DNA of 64,000 nucleotides. Origin: Giardia intestinalis (lineage: Eukaryota). The stretch lies in assembly GCA_000002435.2 (NCBI GenBank), contig CM018793.1, one strand, 5' to 3'. The stretch's first letter is position 1, and every line of letters starts with the position of its first letter. The position numbers and the translations under genes are program-made. This document shows positions 31,256 through 41,275 of the stretch, piece after piece. The notes under the pieces are model-generated. The model saw only the letters and a list, made by a program, of their open reading frames with translations, did not search any database and had not been told where the DNA came from.

Positions 31256-32514
31256 CACGCCTTCCCCCTACACACGAACCACCAGCAGAGGAACCCTATG
31301 AGACCCCCGACGACGACGATGACTGCGACGGAGATCCCCGCTATGGCCCCCGTGGAGAGCCCGCTCCTATTACTGCCAGTGGACACACAGGAGGCCCCAC
31401 TGCTGTCAGGGCTGTACCCACTGCTGCATGTACAGACAGAGTTATCGTCAATGGAGTTCTCGGGACAGCTATCCACGCATGACTTCCTCCCGGGGCTCAC
31501 CTTCTTGTTAGGTCCACACTTTTCACATACGTCATTCTCGCTACAGTTACTACATCCGTCTACGGAGCATGTGAAGCACCCTGTTCCGGCAACATTGGGT
31601 TTGTTGGTCTGTGTTGTACATTCTGTGCACACAATTGCGGATACTGTAGCTAAAGCAGAAGGTGATGATGGAGCGCATTTCTTACAGTCTGCTATCCCTT
31701 CTGAGCATTTCTTGCACATCTTTCCATGAGTAGGGTCGTCAGTATCATCAGTGAAGTAAGTTTTATCAGTAGTACATTCGTTACTATTAACACATGTATT
31801 AGAGTCCTCGGTTTCGCCCTTTTTTAGATATGGTTTGCTGGCTGTTGCCTTACATTTTGTGCACTTGTTTTCGCCTGCATCACACTTAGCGCAATTATCA
31901 TTATCAGTACAACGTGTGCATACTGCCTTGTTAGATGCAACGAAGAATCCTTCAAGACATGACTCACATGCAGCAATCTTATTTTCGTTACCTGTTCCTC
32001 TTTCTGGAGCTGCACATACTACACAATTCTCGATACCTTTATACGTGTTACCGCCATTAACCTGCACTCCAGTTGTATCACTGCACGATATGCAGGAATC
32101 TGTCGTGTCGGCCGCCTCTGGGCTTTTGAAGAATCCCCCAGTAGCATTACATTCTGTGCAAACGCCAGCAACAGCATTACGCCCTCCAGGTGAAGCAGCT
32201 TGATCGTTGCAGATGAGGAGTGCGACATCACTGCCAAGTTGATAGCATCCACCCTTGTACATGAAGTATGTGTTCTCACATTTTCCACATGTCTTATCGT
32301 CAACAAGCTCATTACCGTTAACTTTCTTGCATTTATCAGCCGCATTACCTTTTGGTGTACACTCCCCATTGATAGGAACGTTTCCATTTGTCGCGCATTC
32401 TGTACAAATTTCAGTGCCGCCAACCATCTCACACTTACCTGCTGCACAATTTTGTACTTGCTTACATTGTGCCGCAAGGGCGCTCAGCCCAAGATAGAAA
32501 GCTATCAGCAACAT
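31255..32514 (-). CDS. vsp: Variant-specific surface protein (VSP), an identical inverted copy
   Basis: The protein is identical to the 27358-28617 product. It is convergent with it, so the pair is tail-to-tail. Confidence 0.92.
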   Translation of the reverse strand: MLLIAFYLGLSALAAQCKQVQNCAAGKCEMVGGTEICTECATNGNVPINGECTPKGNAADKCKKVNGNELVDDKTCGKCENTYFMYKGGCYQLGSDVALLICNDQAASPGGRNAVAGVCTECNATGGFFKSPEAADTTDSCISCSDTTGVQVNGGNTYKGIENCVVCAAPERGTGNENKIAACESCLEGFFVASNKAVCTRCTDNDNCAKCDAGENKCTKCKATASKPYLKKGETEDSNTCVNSNECTTDKTYFTDDTDDPTHGKMCKKCSEGIADCKKCAPSSPSALATVSAIVCTECTTQTNKPNVAGTGCFTCSVDGCSNCSENDVCEKCGPNKKVSPGRKSCVDSCPENSIDDNSVCTCSSGYSPDSSGASCVSTGSNRSGLSTGAIAGISVAVIVVVGGLIGFLCWWFVCRGKA

Positions 32515-35500
32515 TGAGATTCTTCTTAATCCACTATCAAGAATCCTACTAGCAAAGATACCCAAAGCTAAAAAGCTCCATTCGGTTATTGCTATGCTGC
32601 CAGCTTAAAGAAATCCCTTTTTGATAATATTGTTGTACAAGAGATAGTTGTTAATGCCGAAAGCATCTACTAACTATAGTCTAGCACCCACCGCGGACCC
32701 CTGCACAACATGCAGGGAAACAGAAAATTCAAAAATAAGTAGCAATGCTGTCCCGCGCGCATGCTGCTCCTCTACCCTGTGGCCAATCAGGGGGCGGCCC
32801 GGGTGACCTCCCTGTGTTATGGGCCCACTGCTGGTTCCTCTCTTAATGTCTCTGCATTCCTGGGGAATTGGCCTCTTACGCCTTCCCTGTGCGGGTCGGG
32901 CCCCTGCGGACCCCCGTGCGCAGATGATCTCTTCTCCGCCTCTATAGTATTCTCATCCCTTTGGACTATGTCTGCGACTTCTGGTTGTCATGGAGGAATC
33001 GCGCTCAAGGACAGTCCCTTGCAAGATCCCGAGAGACGGTTACAGTGGTCGCTAGGGTCCGTGGAAGTGCGAATCAGTGTAGATTAGCCTATGAGACGCT
33101 CTGGTTTGTTGGGTGTGCATGGTGCTATTTCTGGCTTTTTGTAGTGGATACTATTAAGATTCCCCATCGCATGATAAGGCGTCAGATGGTCAGAGGGCGT
33201 AGGCTAGTACTCCCAAATTTAAACAAGGAGGAAACCCTGCTCAAACTGTGCCATTTCTTGAGCTAACGGGGCAGGATTTCTATCCCCCTTCTGGATCATC
33301 CTGGTGCTATCACTACCACCACTAATGGAAGCACCTAGGAGTGCAATACCTTGAGCCTGTTAGTGTAGGGCTCTAGGTCCTCAGAGCTTCCTACATGTAG
33401 ATGCCTGTGAGGAAAGAATGGAGATCCAAGGAGGTTGTGTTGATTTGCCAGCAATTGGCCGGATGCCTGGTCCAGTACCCTCTATAGCCTCTTGTGGATA
33501 CTAGAGCAGTTGACCCCCATCTGCTGATAAGGGAATCGAATAGCATTCGTTCATGACCTTTGGTCCTAGCTGTATTTGGTCCCGAGGAGACACGCCAATC
33601 AGCCCAAGCATCCTACCTTTTGACTCACGAATCATGCCACACTGTAGGACTTGTACTGGTGCACCTTAGCATGCGTTAAATAATCCATAGAAGACCGGTA
33701 TCCTCCTGTCATATAGCTACAGGAGTCAGATAAAGCCTTACTGAGGGAACCATATCTTGCGATCCCCCGTGACCCCACTAGAGATCAAAAGAACCGATGT
33801 CTACGAGCTGATGTGAAAAATAGCAGGGTCCGACAGCATGCACCTTGAGTTGGGGATTCTATAAGCATGCACCTCTAATAAAGCTCTCAAGATCTTGTAG
33901 GAAGCTGACCTAGGTCAGTGACTGGAAGATCTTCAATGGGCAGGCGACTGCTGTGGTCTACTAGTCGCTCACCCCCTTTGTCGTGAAGGATATCTGTTAA
34001 TGTCTAGTGCTGCGGGCTGGGTGGCCCTTGTTCATCTGTGAGATTCGACTGGTGTATGTTGTAGACGAGTGACGAGATTGATATCGCCCTCTATCAGGTG
34101 GCTTTACATGAGTGGACAGACTCTGTAGTTGACCGGTTATTCCAGAAAGTCCTGCGCCTATGAGGTCACAGCCACAACCTGTATACGACAAGTAAAAGGC
34201 TCATTGGGATGAATGCTCTCTGCAGATCCCGCCGACTGTGTGGCTCATCACTGCCAAGCCTTCAAGATGGTAGCCTTGCTTGGCTGAGGCTTGCAGGTAC
34301 GAGTACAGTACAGCATCTTTCGAATCTACGGAGTCAAGCATACCTCAGACAATAAGGACAGGTGGAGACCCGAAGACAGCTAATACTAACCATGAGCTGC
34401 TCTGATCCTGTTATTCAAGAGAATAGTAGGGCCGCAGAATGGCAGGGTCCACTTTTGTGCTCTGCTCAGGGAGGCTGTGCCTTGGTGAAGGTATGCGTTA
34501 TGGCCACTATTGACTGCCCGTTGGCGGGCTATCACCTACTCTTGAGCCATTAACTAGGTTGCTGGTTGAATCAAGAAGCAACAACAGTATCATACGGACA
34601 ACGAGCAGAAAAGGCCGATGCTGATTGTATACCTCCCACGCCGAGTATACTCATTGTACAAGGCAAAGGGTCTAACGCCCTAAGTGGCCAGATGAAGCTA
34701 AGGCGCTTGTCAATAACGATATGCATACGGGCTTTAGCTGAGGGCTTGCGAGGGAATGTTGGGGAGCACAAGACTTGCCAGACTATATGAGATGCACAAT
34801 GAATGCCTACGTGGTAAACTGGTTGGCCTTTTCTTTGGTAGACAGGACCCTAGACTGTAGTGATTATTTGTATGACGTATGCCTTTGTGGGACCGATAAG
34901 AGCATTTGCATGCTAATCTGGAAAGGCCATCAGCAATGGTTGTACGAGATAGACAAGTAGAGGATAAGGGGTAGCCACGCCACTCTGGCTGATGAGCAAT
35001 CTAAACTACACAACGCGTGTGTCAATCTTTGGTCAAAGGCAGAGATGCATCTAGAATGTCACGTGGGCCGAGGACGCTGCTGATGGCTACCCGTTATGAG
35101 AAGGTGCAAGTGAGACACCTGCTAATAGCAACCACGTCGATTGGTACTGGCCTGCACAGTATATCTCTACAGTAGATCCTTGCTTGTATACGGAGAAAAG
35201 ATAAACGTCTTCGGCCTCAGACGAAACAGGTCCCAATAAATATTACACTGCTATAAGCGCATAAATCAAAAACTAGCTTCACCTGTCTGCAGACCTCGCG
35301 ATTTTTCTACACTCGAAGGCCAGAGAGACACCACAGGCGTCCCCATTGCAATCCGGATCTACAGCTTGTCTCTATAACGTCAGGCTTACCTCACTGATCT
35401 GCTAGTCGCCTTTACAGTCTTTGTGCAAACTTGCTCTCCAGGAACCACCGTGCACAAATAGCCTTTTGCGTACCTACCTAACATCTTCCTTCGTTGAAAT

Positions 35501-37282
35501 GTGGTGCCAAGGGCTAAGCATTATGAGGGGAGTGTGACCAAAAGCAAACCTCCTTGTAGTCTTGTCAGTATTAGTAGTGAGCATCCAAATGAGTGCATAG
35601 ATGCTTATCAAGTGCACTGTGATCCAGACTGCTCAGTAAGCTAGGCTCGTAGTAGGTAGTTCATGGGCCTCCGTCGCTAGCCCATGCATGAGCCGTTAGT
35701 CTCCTTGAGAGACGGTGGAGAGTTCCGTAGTCTTTCTGAATATACGGTCGTCACTATAATTGGTAGAGGAGTAGGCACAAAGACTAGAGGCTTACTTAGA
35801 GGCATCTCTAACACGACTAACTGCTATTTTCCGCTAACAACAGACAGGTTAGGCATTATGGTATTTACGCCACCTACTAGGGCGGCGCATGGCCATACAT
35901 GCATCAGCAGAGAAGCTGCTGTAATCTATGCTCAGTCTGCCGGGCAGACGCAGCTTCTCATCGCAGCAAACACGGTGACGGACAAGTCGCCAATGTAAGC
36001 CGGTCAAACTGCCCATCTCGGTACATCCATATGCAGTCGGAAGCTGTAGTACACATCTATGAAGATAACGCACCGTCTGCATGCTGTTGCCTCACTCTGT
36101 GCTAGTTATAGGGTTTAATGCCTCAGAAGTCAGGGCTAGTGTAGAATGTTCTAGAGTGTTCGTCTAGGAGACCAAGGTCGATACTGTGTGTGATGCACTC
36201 TTCAAGGAGACAGCAGCTACTGTCGTCCTTTCGGATTTTTTGGTGTCAGACAATCGGCCCCGTGGTGAGTTTACTCTTCGCAGCCTCCGTCTTCATATTG
36301 AGCCTGGCATCTGGCTGCTCAGGCTGTGGATGAAGAGGACGGTGCAGAGTATCAGTCGCTGGGCCGCCTTCTATTCGCACATTGTTCTGAGAAACAAATA
36401 GGACAGTACAGCTTCCTCTTTTGCTCTGGATGTGATGCAACCTAGCCGAGACATCTGCGCTTCTAGGGAGTGGCTGGTCAGTACCTAGAGGCATTCTGAT
36501 GGGCATGCTCACTACCGCCTGACTCTGTCCCCTCCCCGGCTACCAGGGGATGATGTCTTGAATGCATGCCCACAGAGCACTGCATAGCGATAACAAGATG
36601 GTGCTATCGCCCCTCAGGCTTCTCCAGCCTGTCTAGCAGTGTACTTCTCAGAGTCCAGTGTGGGCCTACTAGTTGTATCGATACAACTATAGATACCTTA
36701 TAGTATCACACCCGTCCAGCTCACCGTGCCCTGTCCCATCTAGAGAGCAGCCCAGCCGTGCACAGGAGCCCTTAGCTCCTATCCAGGACCTGGTCCAATG
36801 CTCAGCTGGTTCGGATTCCCTGCTACATCTTGCTGAAAGCCATGCTGAAGCCATCGACCCGGCGATTGCTCTAGGTTTACAACCCCCACACTCAGCCACC
36901 ATACACCCTTCTCCATGACAGGGAGGTTCGCTAGAGGAAGATGCTAGAGCTCTCTTGTTCCTGTCTCCTGGCCCTCCTGCTCATTCTATTGGATGCTCTC
37001 TAGACTCTTTTCTTCGAGTCCCCGCAGGCCTTCCTCAGCGGCTCACTCGTGGGAGCAGCCGCGGGTTTGTTGTCTACTGGGGACGCAGAGGGCTAGGCGT
37101 TGGACCACCGACTTCCCCATTTGGGCTTCTTCTCCCGCTGAAGTGGACGACGTTTGACTTGCGAAGTCTGGATTTGGATTTCGGTTAGTGAGTAAGCAAG
37201 AGACCTGCCCAGGGCGGCGCTGGCTCGCATGGGAGATTTTCTTGGACAGCAGCTGGCAAACCGGTTTTAGTGACGAAAGTAA

Positions 37283-37720
37283 ACCATCATTCGTGATGCT
37301 GAACAATGCGTGAAGAACGGGGCTGCCTGCAACTGGACGCCCAAGGCGAGGGGCGGAACGTGTGTGCAGAACGCCACGGGCGCATGGACGTGTCAGTGCA
37401 ACCCGGGCTACGTTGGAAGGCATTACGACCTCTGCGACAAGGGCATGACGGCTGTCGATGGGACCTGTACGCCTCACAATCTGGTGAAACTATACGCTAG
37501 CAAGAAGTGCCTGAACACCCGTCTGGCCGCCAGCGTGTGCACAGGGCACGGGGAGTGCTACAAGGACGCCTGTGTCTGCGCCGAGGGCTACCACGGGGAT
37601 CTGTGTGACTGCCGTGTGAGGAACATCGGGGCCGTGGCGGGGGTGACGGCGAGCACGGCCGTCTTCTTCGGGCTCCTCTTCCTGTCTGTGGCCAGGTGTC
37701 ATAGGACGCCCGCCCGGTAG
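37283..37720 (+). pseudogene. EGF-like cysteine-rich membrane protein fragment (an HCMP-like 3-prime part). It has no ATG start or signal peptide and begins 44 bp after the right boundary of the inverted repeat.
   Basis: The open frame runs from the stop at 37280. The first in-frame ATG is internal, and the ORF-track start is GTG. EGF-like Cys spacing (CxCxxGYxGxxC) plus a C-terminal TM (AVAGVTASTAVFFGLLFLSVA). Confidence 0.4.
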
Positions 37721-37773
37721 GGTGTACAAGTCCCGCACACGGCTAACCTACCCGCAGCCCAAAAAAGGACCGG

Positions 37774-39687
37774 ATGTTGCTGCTTACCTTGTCTTTCCTC
37801 TGCGCGGCATCGGCCGAGCGGGACCCGTTCAGCATCCATATGGCGTGCGAGCATGCCTTCGAGCGCTTCGTCGGCCTCTACGGGAAGGCCTACGACACGC
37901 CCGGGGACCGGCTGGAGGCGGAGCGGAACTTCTGCATGCACCTCGAGCACCTCCGGAGGCTCCGCCGGGAGGGCCACGAGCACGTCACCTTCGGGATCAC
38001 GTCCCGGATGGACCGCCACCCGCGCGCCGGCCTCCTCCCGCCCCGGTCGCTGGGGGGCGGCGAGTGGGGCGCAGTCACGGGCACATGCACACGAGATGAT
38101 AAATCGAATAAGTACACCAACTGCAACGTCGATGCATACGAGCTGGGGCCGGACCTGAAGGGAGACACTCAAGCTAATTCACAGAGTGCCAACGCTGACG
38201 ATAAGAGCAAGAAGCAGGACAGCTTCTTCCTCGTCGACGTGCGGGACATGAACGTCAACGGCAGGCAGCGGACGCTCCCCCACTCCGTCGACCTCCGCGA
38301 GGTGGGCCTCGTGACCCGCGCGAAGGACCAGGGCCTGTGCGGCTCCTGCTACGAGTTCACGACCATCGAGGTCCTCGAGAACCTGATGCTCGTCGACGCA
38401 GACCTCTACACGAGGGGGAAGTACCTCGATCCTAAGCCCTTTCCGTCGAACTACTTCTGCAACTGCTCGGCCCCTGCGAGTCAGGACGGGGACCAGAAGA
38501 GTAATGACTGCACCACAGGACTGATAACTGTTACAAATCGCACCGAACAGGACTATACCGACATCCCCGAGAACTGGAAGTCCTACAGCGCGTCCACCCT
38601 GCGCCTCTCCGTCCAGTTCCTCCTCGACAACCTCATCGGCGGGAACTACTGCAACGGGGGGAACTACTTCCGCGCCATCGCAGACTTCGTCAACAAGCTG
38701 AGCAAGCTCGCGAAGGAGTCCGAGTGCATCTACAGGGAGTACGCGACGCCCGAGAAGGCCGCCCCAGACGATGGTACTAAGTGTCAGGACACCAACATAG
38801 GAGACTTCAACCCTGCCTTCGTCTCCATGCCGATGAAGAAGAAGGGCAGCTCTTCTAATTCTGGCGCTGCAGCTACCGACGAATATGAGTATGATGTCAA
38901 TGGTGGCTCAGGCACCCCCAAGAAGTTCGGCGTCTACCAGATCCTGCGGAACGAGGGCGTGCCGGCCTCGGGGCCCATAGTCGGGGAGATGGACAAGGGG
39001 AAGTTCGCCGAGTGGGAGCGGAACGTCATGAACGTCCTGGCCCGCGGGGTCGGGGTCGCGGCGGCCATGCACACAGAGTCCGGCGTCGACACGTCGATCG
39101 ACAAGGACTACGAGTCCGTCGTCGCCTCTGCGCTGACGTTCAACCTCTACAAAGGCGGCGTCTTCCCCGACGTCAAGTGCGTGCGCGCGACCACGAACCA
39201 CCAGGTCATGCTCGTCGGCTACGGGGCGTACAAGGGCCGGCCCGTCTGGATCCTGCGCAACTCGTGGGGGACCGGCTGGGGCGTCTCGGGCTACTACTAC
39301 ATCGGCCGCGGCTCCAACTCGCTCTGCCACGAGCTGACCGTCGAGTACACGATGCCCCGCTTCTACGGGCCCGACCGCGACGGCGTCCACCCGCTCTTCC
39401 TCTCCGCGCCCGACGAGGCCCAGAAGGTCGCCATCGCAGACGCCGTCCGCGCCTCCCCGTTCAACAGCAAGATCAAGCGGTGCGTGAACGGGCTGGACAC
39501 GGTCGACGCGCACGGGGGCACGATGTGCGAGGCCCTCGAGGTCAGCGCGTGGAACTACGTCCTGGTGGGGGCCCTGGCCATCGTCATCTTCTTCCTCGGC
39601 CGGTACTGCATGCAGTACTACTTCTGCGCGCCGGAGTACATCTTCCACAGCCCCCTCAACCTGAACCTTCCGCACAAGGGCGTGTAG
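37774..39687 (+). CDS. Cathepsin L-like papain-family (C1) cysteine protease with large internal insertions and a C-terminal transmembrane anchor (637 aa)
   Basis: Signal peptide MLLLTLSFLCAASA. ERFNIN-like propeptide (EAERNFCMHLEH). Catalytic Cys in QGLCGSCYEF, His in NHQVMLVGYG, and the NSWGTGWGVSGYYY motif. C-terminal hydrophobic segment WNYVLVGALAIVIFFLG. Strongly GC3-rich codons. Confidence 0.8.
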   Translation: MLLLTLSFLCAASAERDPFSIHMACEHAFERFVGLYGKAYDTPGDRLEAERNFCMHLEHLRRLRREGHEHVTFGITSRMDRHPRAGLLPPRSLGGGEWGAVTGTCTRDDKSNKYTNCNVDAYELGPDLKGDTQANSQSANADDKSKKQDSFFLVDVRDMNVNGRQRTLPHSVDLREVGLVTRAKDQGLCGSCYEFTTIEVLENLMLVDADLYTRGKYLDPKPFPSNYFCNCSAPASQDGDQKSNDCTTGLITVTNRTEQDYTDIPENWKSYSASTLRLSVQFLLDNLIGGNYCNGGNYFRAIADFVNKLSKLAKESECIYREYATPEKAAPDDGTKCQDTNIGDFNPAFVSMPMKKKGSSSNSGAAATDEYEYDVNGGSGTPKKFGVYQILRNEGVPASGPIVGEMDKGKFAEWERNVMNVLARGVGVAAAMHTESGVDTSIDKDYESVVASALTFNLYKGGVFPDVKCVRATTNHQVMLVGYGAYKGRPVWILRNSWGTGWGVSGYYYIGRGSNSLCHELTVEYTMPRFYGPDRDGVHPLFLSAPDEAQKVAIADAVRASPFNSKIKRCVNGLDTVDAHGGTMCEALEVSAWNYVLVGALAIVIFFLGRYCMQYYFCAPEYIFHSPLNLNLPHKGV

Positions 39688-39690
39688 CGC

Positions 39691-40917
39691 CTAGCGCCCG
39701 AACTCCCCGTCGTAGAGGGTGGTCAGGTAGATGTCCATGTTCTCGCTGAACCTCCGTGAGATCTCCAGTACATCGCTGTCCCCGATGGAGAAGTCGGACA
39801 GCCGCGGCCCCTCTGTGCTCCGGTAGTCGCAGAGGCTCTCCTCGTCTATGGAGACGACCCGGCTTGGATCGAAATTGACCAGCGTGTCGAACTTGTACTC
39901 GACCTCGCTCCGCTGCACTGAGATGGCGACCCCGCTGTTCAGGCCGCGCGCGCACCTTCCCACGCGGTGGGTGAGGGTGGCCAGCGACTCTGGGAGCTCG
40001 AAGTTGACCACCGAGCGAACCGCAGGAAGGTCGAGCCCACGGGCGAAGTTATCAGTTGCCAGGACGATCGTTGCAGGGTGTTCCTCGAGGGACTCGTTGG
40101 AGATGGCCGGGACAGACTCGAAGTTCGGCCTCCGGAAGACGTGCCCCTGGGCCACCAGCGTTATCCTGTACCGAAGCTCCTTGTAAACCTTGATCATCAT
40201 CAGGAACAGCAGGTGGGCGATGCGCTGCGCGGTGTGCCTGGAGTTGACGAAGACGATGCAGGGCAGGAGGGTGGTCCTCGAGTTGGTGATGGACCCGGCG
40301 GGGCTGCAGAGGAACCTGAAGACCAGGTATACGATGTCTATCTTGGAGTAGGTCCGCTTGAGCTGGACGACGAAGTGTTCGACGTTGGGCGAGAGGGCAA
40401 GGCGCGCGTGGCCCTCGTCGAAGTCCACCATGCACCCGCCGTGGAGGCCCATGTTCTCGAGCAGACTTGCCCGGTACTTCATGGTCGCAGAGAGGAAGAC
40501 AAACCTGTCCGTCGGGAGCCCAAGGCGGTGTCGCTGGGCGAAGAAGAGAGGCACGCGGAAGACGGCCGTGGAGTTCCGTTGAGCGAAGAACTCCCTGATG
40601 AGCGCCAGGAAGGACGTGTTGTCGTTGAGGAGGATGTGGTCTGCCTCGTCTATCACCACGTGCCGCAGCTTCAGGAACGAGGTTGCTCCGCGGGAGGCGA
40701 TTCCTGTGCCCGAGGCCGGCTTGACTGCCGTAAGGAGAGCAGAGACGATCCAGGGGGTGCCGCAGATGATGTACGATGTCTTGTCCTCTCCATACTCAAT
40801 GATATTTCTGAAGTCGGGAAGTTCAGAGTGTCTGAGCAGAGGCACACAGCGAACGAGACCAAGGAGCAGATGATAGACTGGCTGGAAGAACAGTGTCGCC
40901 TTGTGGATAAATGGCAA
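39691..40917 (-). CDS. DEAD-box RNA helicase-like protein lacking the N-terminal Q motif, motif I (P-loop) and motif Ia. It is a possible pseudogene or gene fragment.
   Basis: Motifs present: TPGR-like (GTPWIV), DEAD (VIDEADHIL), SAT (FLSATM), motif V (LATDNFARGLDLP) and motif VI (HRVGRCARG). The frame opens with TTG directly after a TGA. All three minus-strand frames upstream (40918-41130) contain stops within about 100 nt, and no GxGKT motif is found. Confidence 0.5.
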   Translation of the reverse strand: MPFIHKATLFFQPVYHLLLGLVRCVPLLRHSELPDFRNIIEYGEDKTSYIICGTPWIVSALLTAVKPASGTGIASRGATSFLKLRHVVIDEADHILLNDNTSFLALIREFFAQRNSTAVFRVPLFFAQRHRLGLPTDRFVFLSATMKYRASLLENMGLHGGCMVDFDEGHARLALSPNVEHFVVQLKRTYSKIDIVYLVFRFLCSPAGSITNSRTTLLPCIVFVNSRHTAQRIAHLLFLMMIKVYKELRYRITLVAQGHVFRRPNFESVPAISNESLEEHPATIVLATDNFARGLDLPAVRSVVNFELPESLATLTHRVGRCARGLNSGVAISVQRSEVEYKFDTLVNFDPSRVVSIDEESLCDYRSTEGPRLSDFSIGDSDVLEISRRFSENMDIYLTTLYDGEFGR

Positions 40918-41275
40918 TCACAGACACCGACTATCTGCCAATACTATCTCGTCCGACACCAGCTAGACACATATGAATATAACACGCCCTTCTGGTCAGT
41001 AACAGATACTATGGAGTATCCGAAGGTCTCACTTATCAACGAGCCTTCAGATTATTTTTCGGCAGGCGATTATCTTTCTCGATTCCCTGAGGACACGGTT
41101 CAGCTGGTCGACAACAGCTAGGTAAGCTTTTTATCTTAAGAGTAGACTCAAGTGCATCGGAAGCTATAATGTTATGCAGCAAGCATTACACGTAGCTCAG
41201 CGAGGACACAGCGCTGAAAAACCGATTACTGAAGGTGACAGAGGGCAAAGTAAATCTTCGACAAAATACAATTCA

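Larger units (their letters stand above)
30720..37239. repeat. Right arm of the inverted repeat
   Basis: Reverse-complement identity with 22633-29150. Outer boundary at 37239, found by direct comparison of the flanks. Confidence 0.9.

Noticed and set aside
22633-37239. CRISPR array, prokaryotic transposon with terminal inverted repeats, or integron-like element
   Set aside because: Only two very long repeat arms exist, with no short direct-repeat/spacer periodicity. No transposase or integrase gene is present. The content is eukaryotic VSP genes, and the window has no prokaryotic gene organisation.
37699-41121. ORFs antisense to, or frame-shifted within, the GC-rich cathepsin and helicase genes (37699-38172, 37853-38158, 38908-39675, 39012-39749, 39967-41121, 40052-40435)
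   Set aside because: GC3-rich coding sequence lacks stops in other frames. The products are Arg/Pro/Gly-rich with no motifs. The real genes on the listed strands carry clear catalytic signatures.
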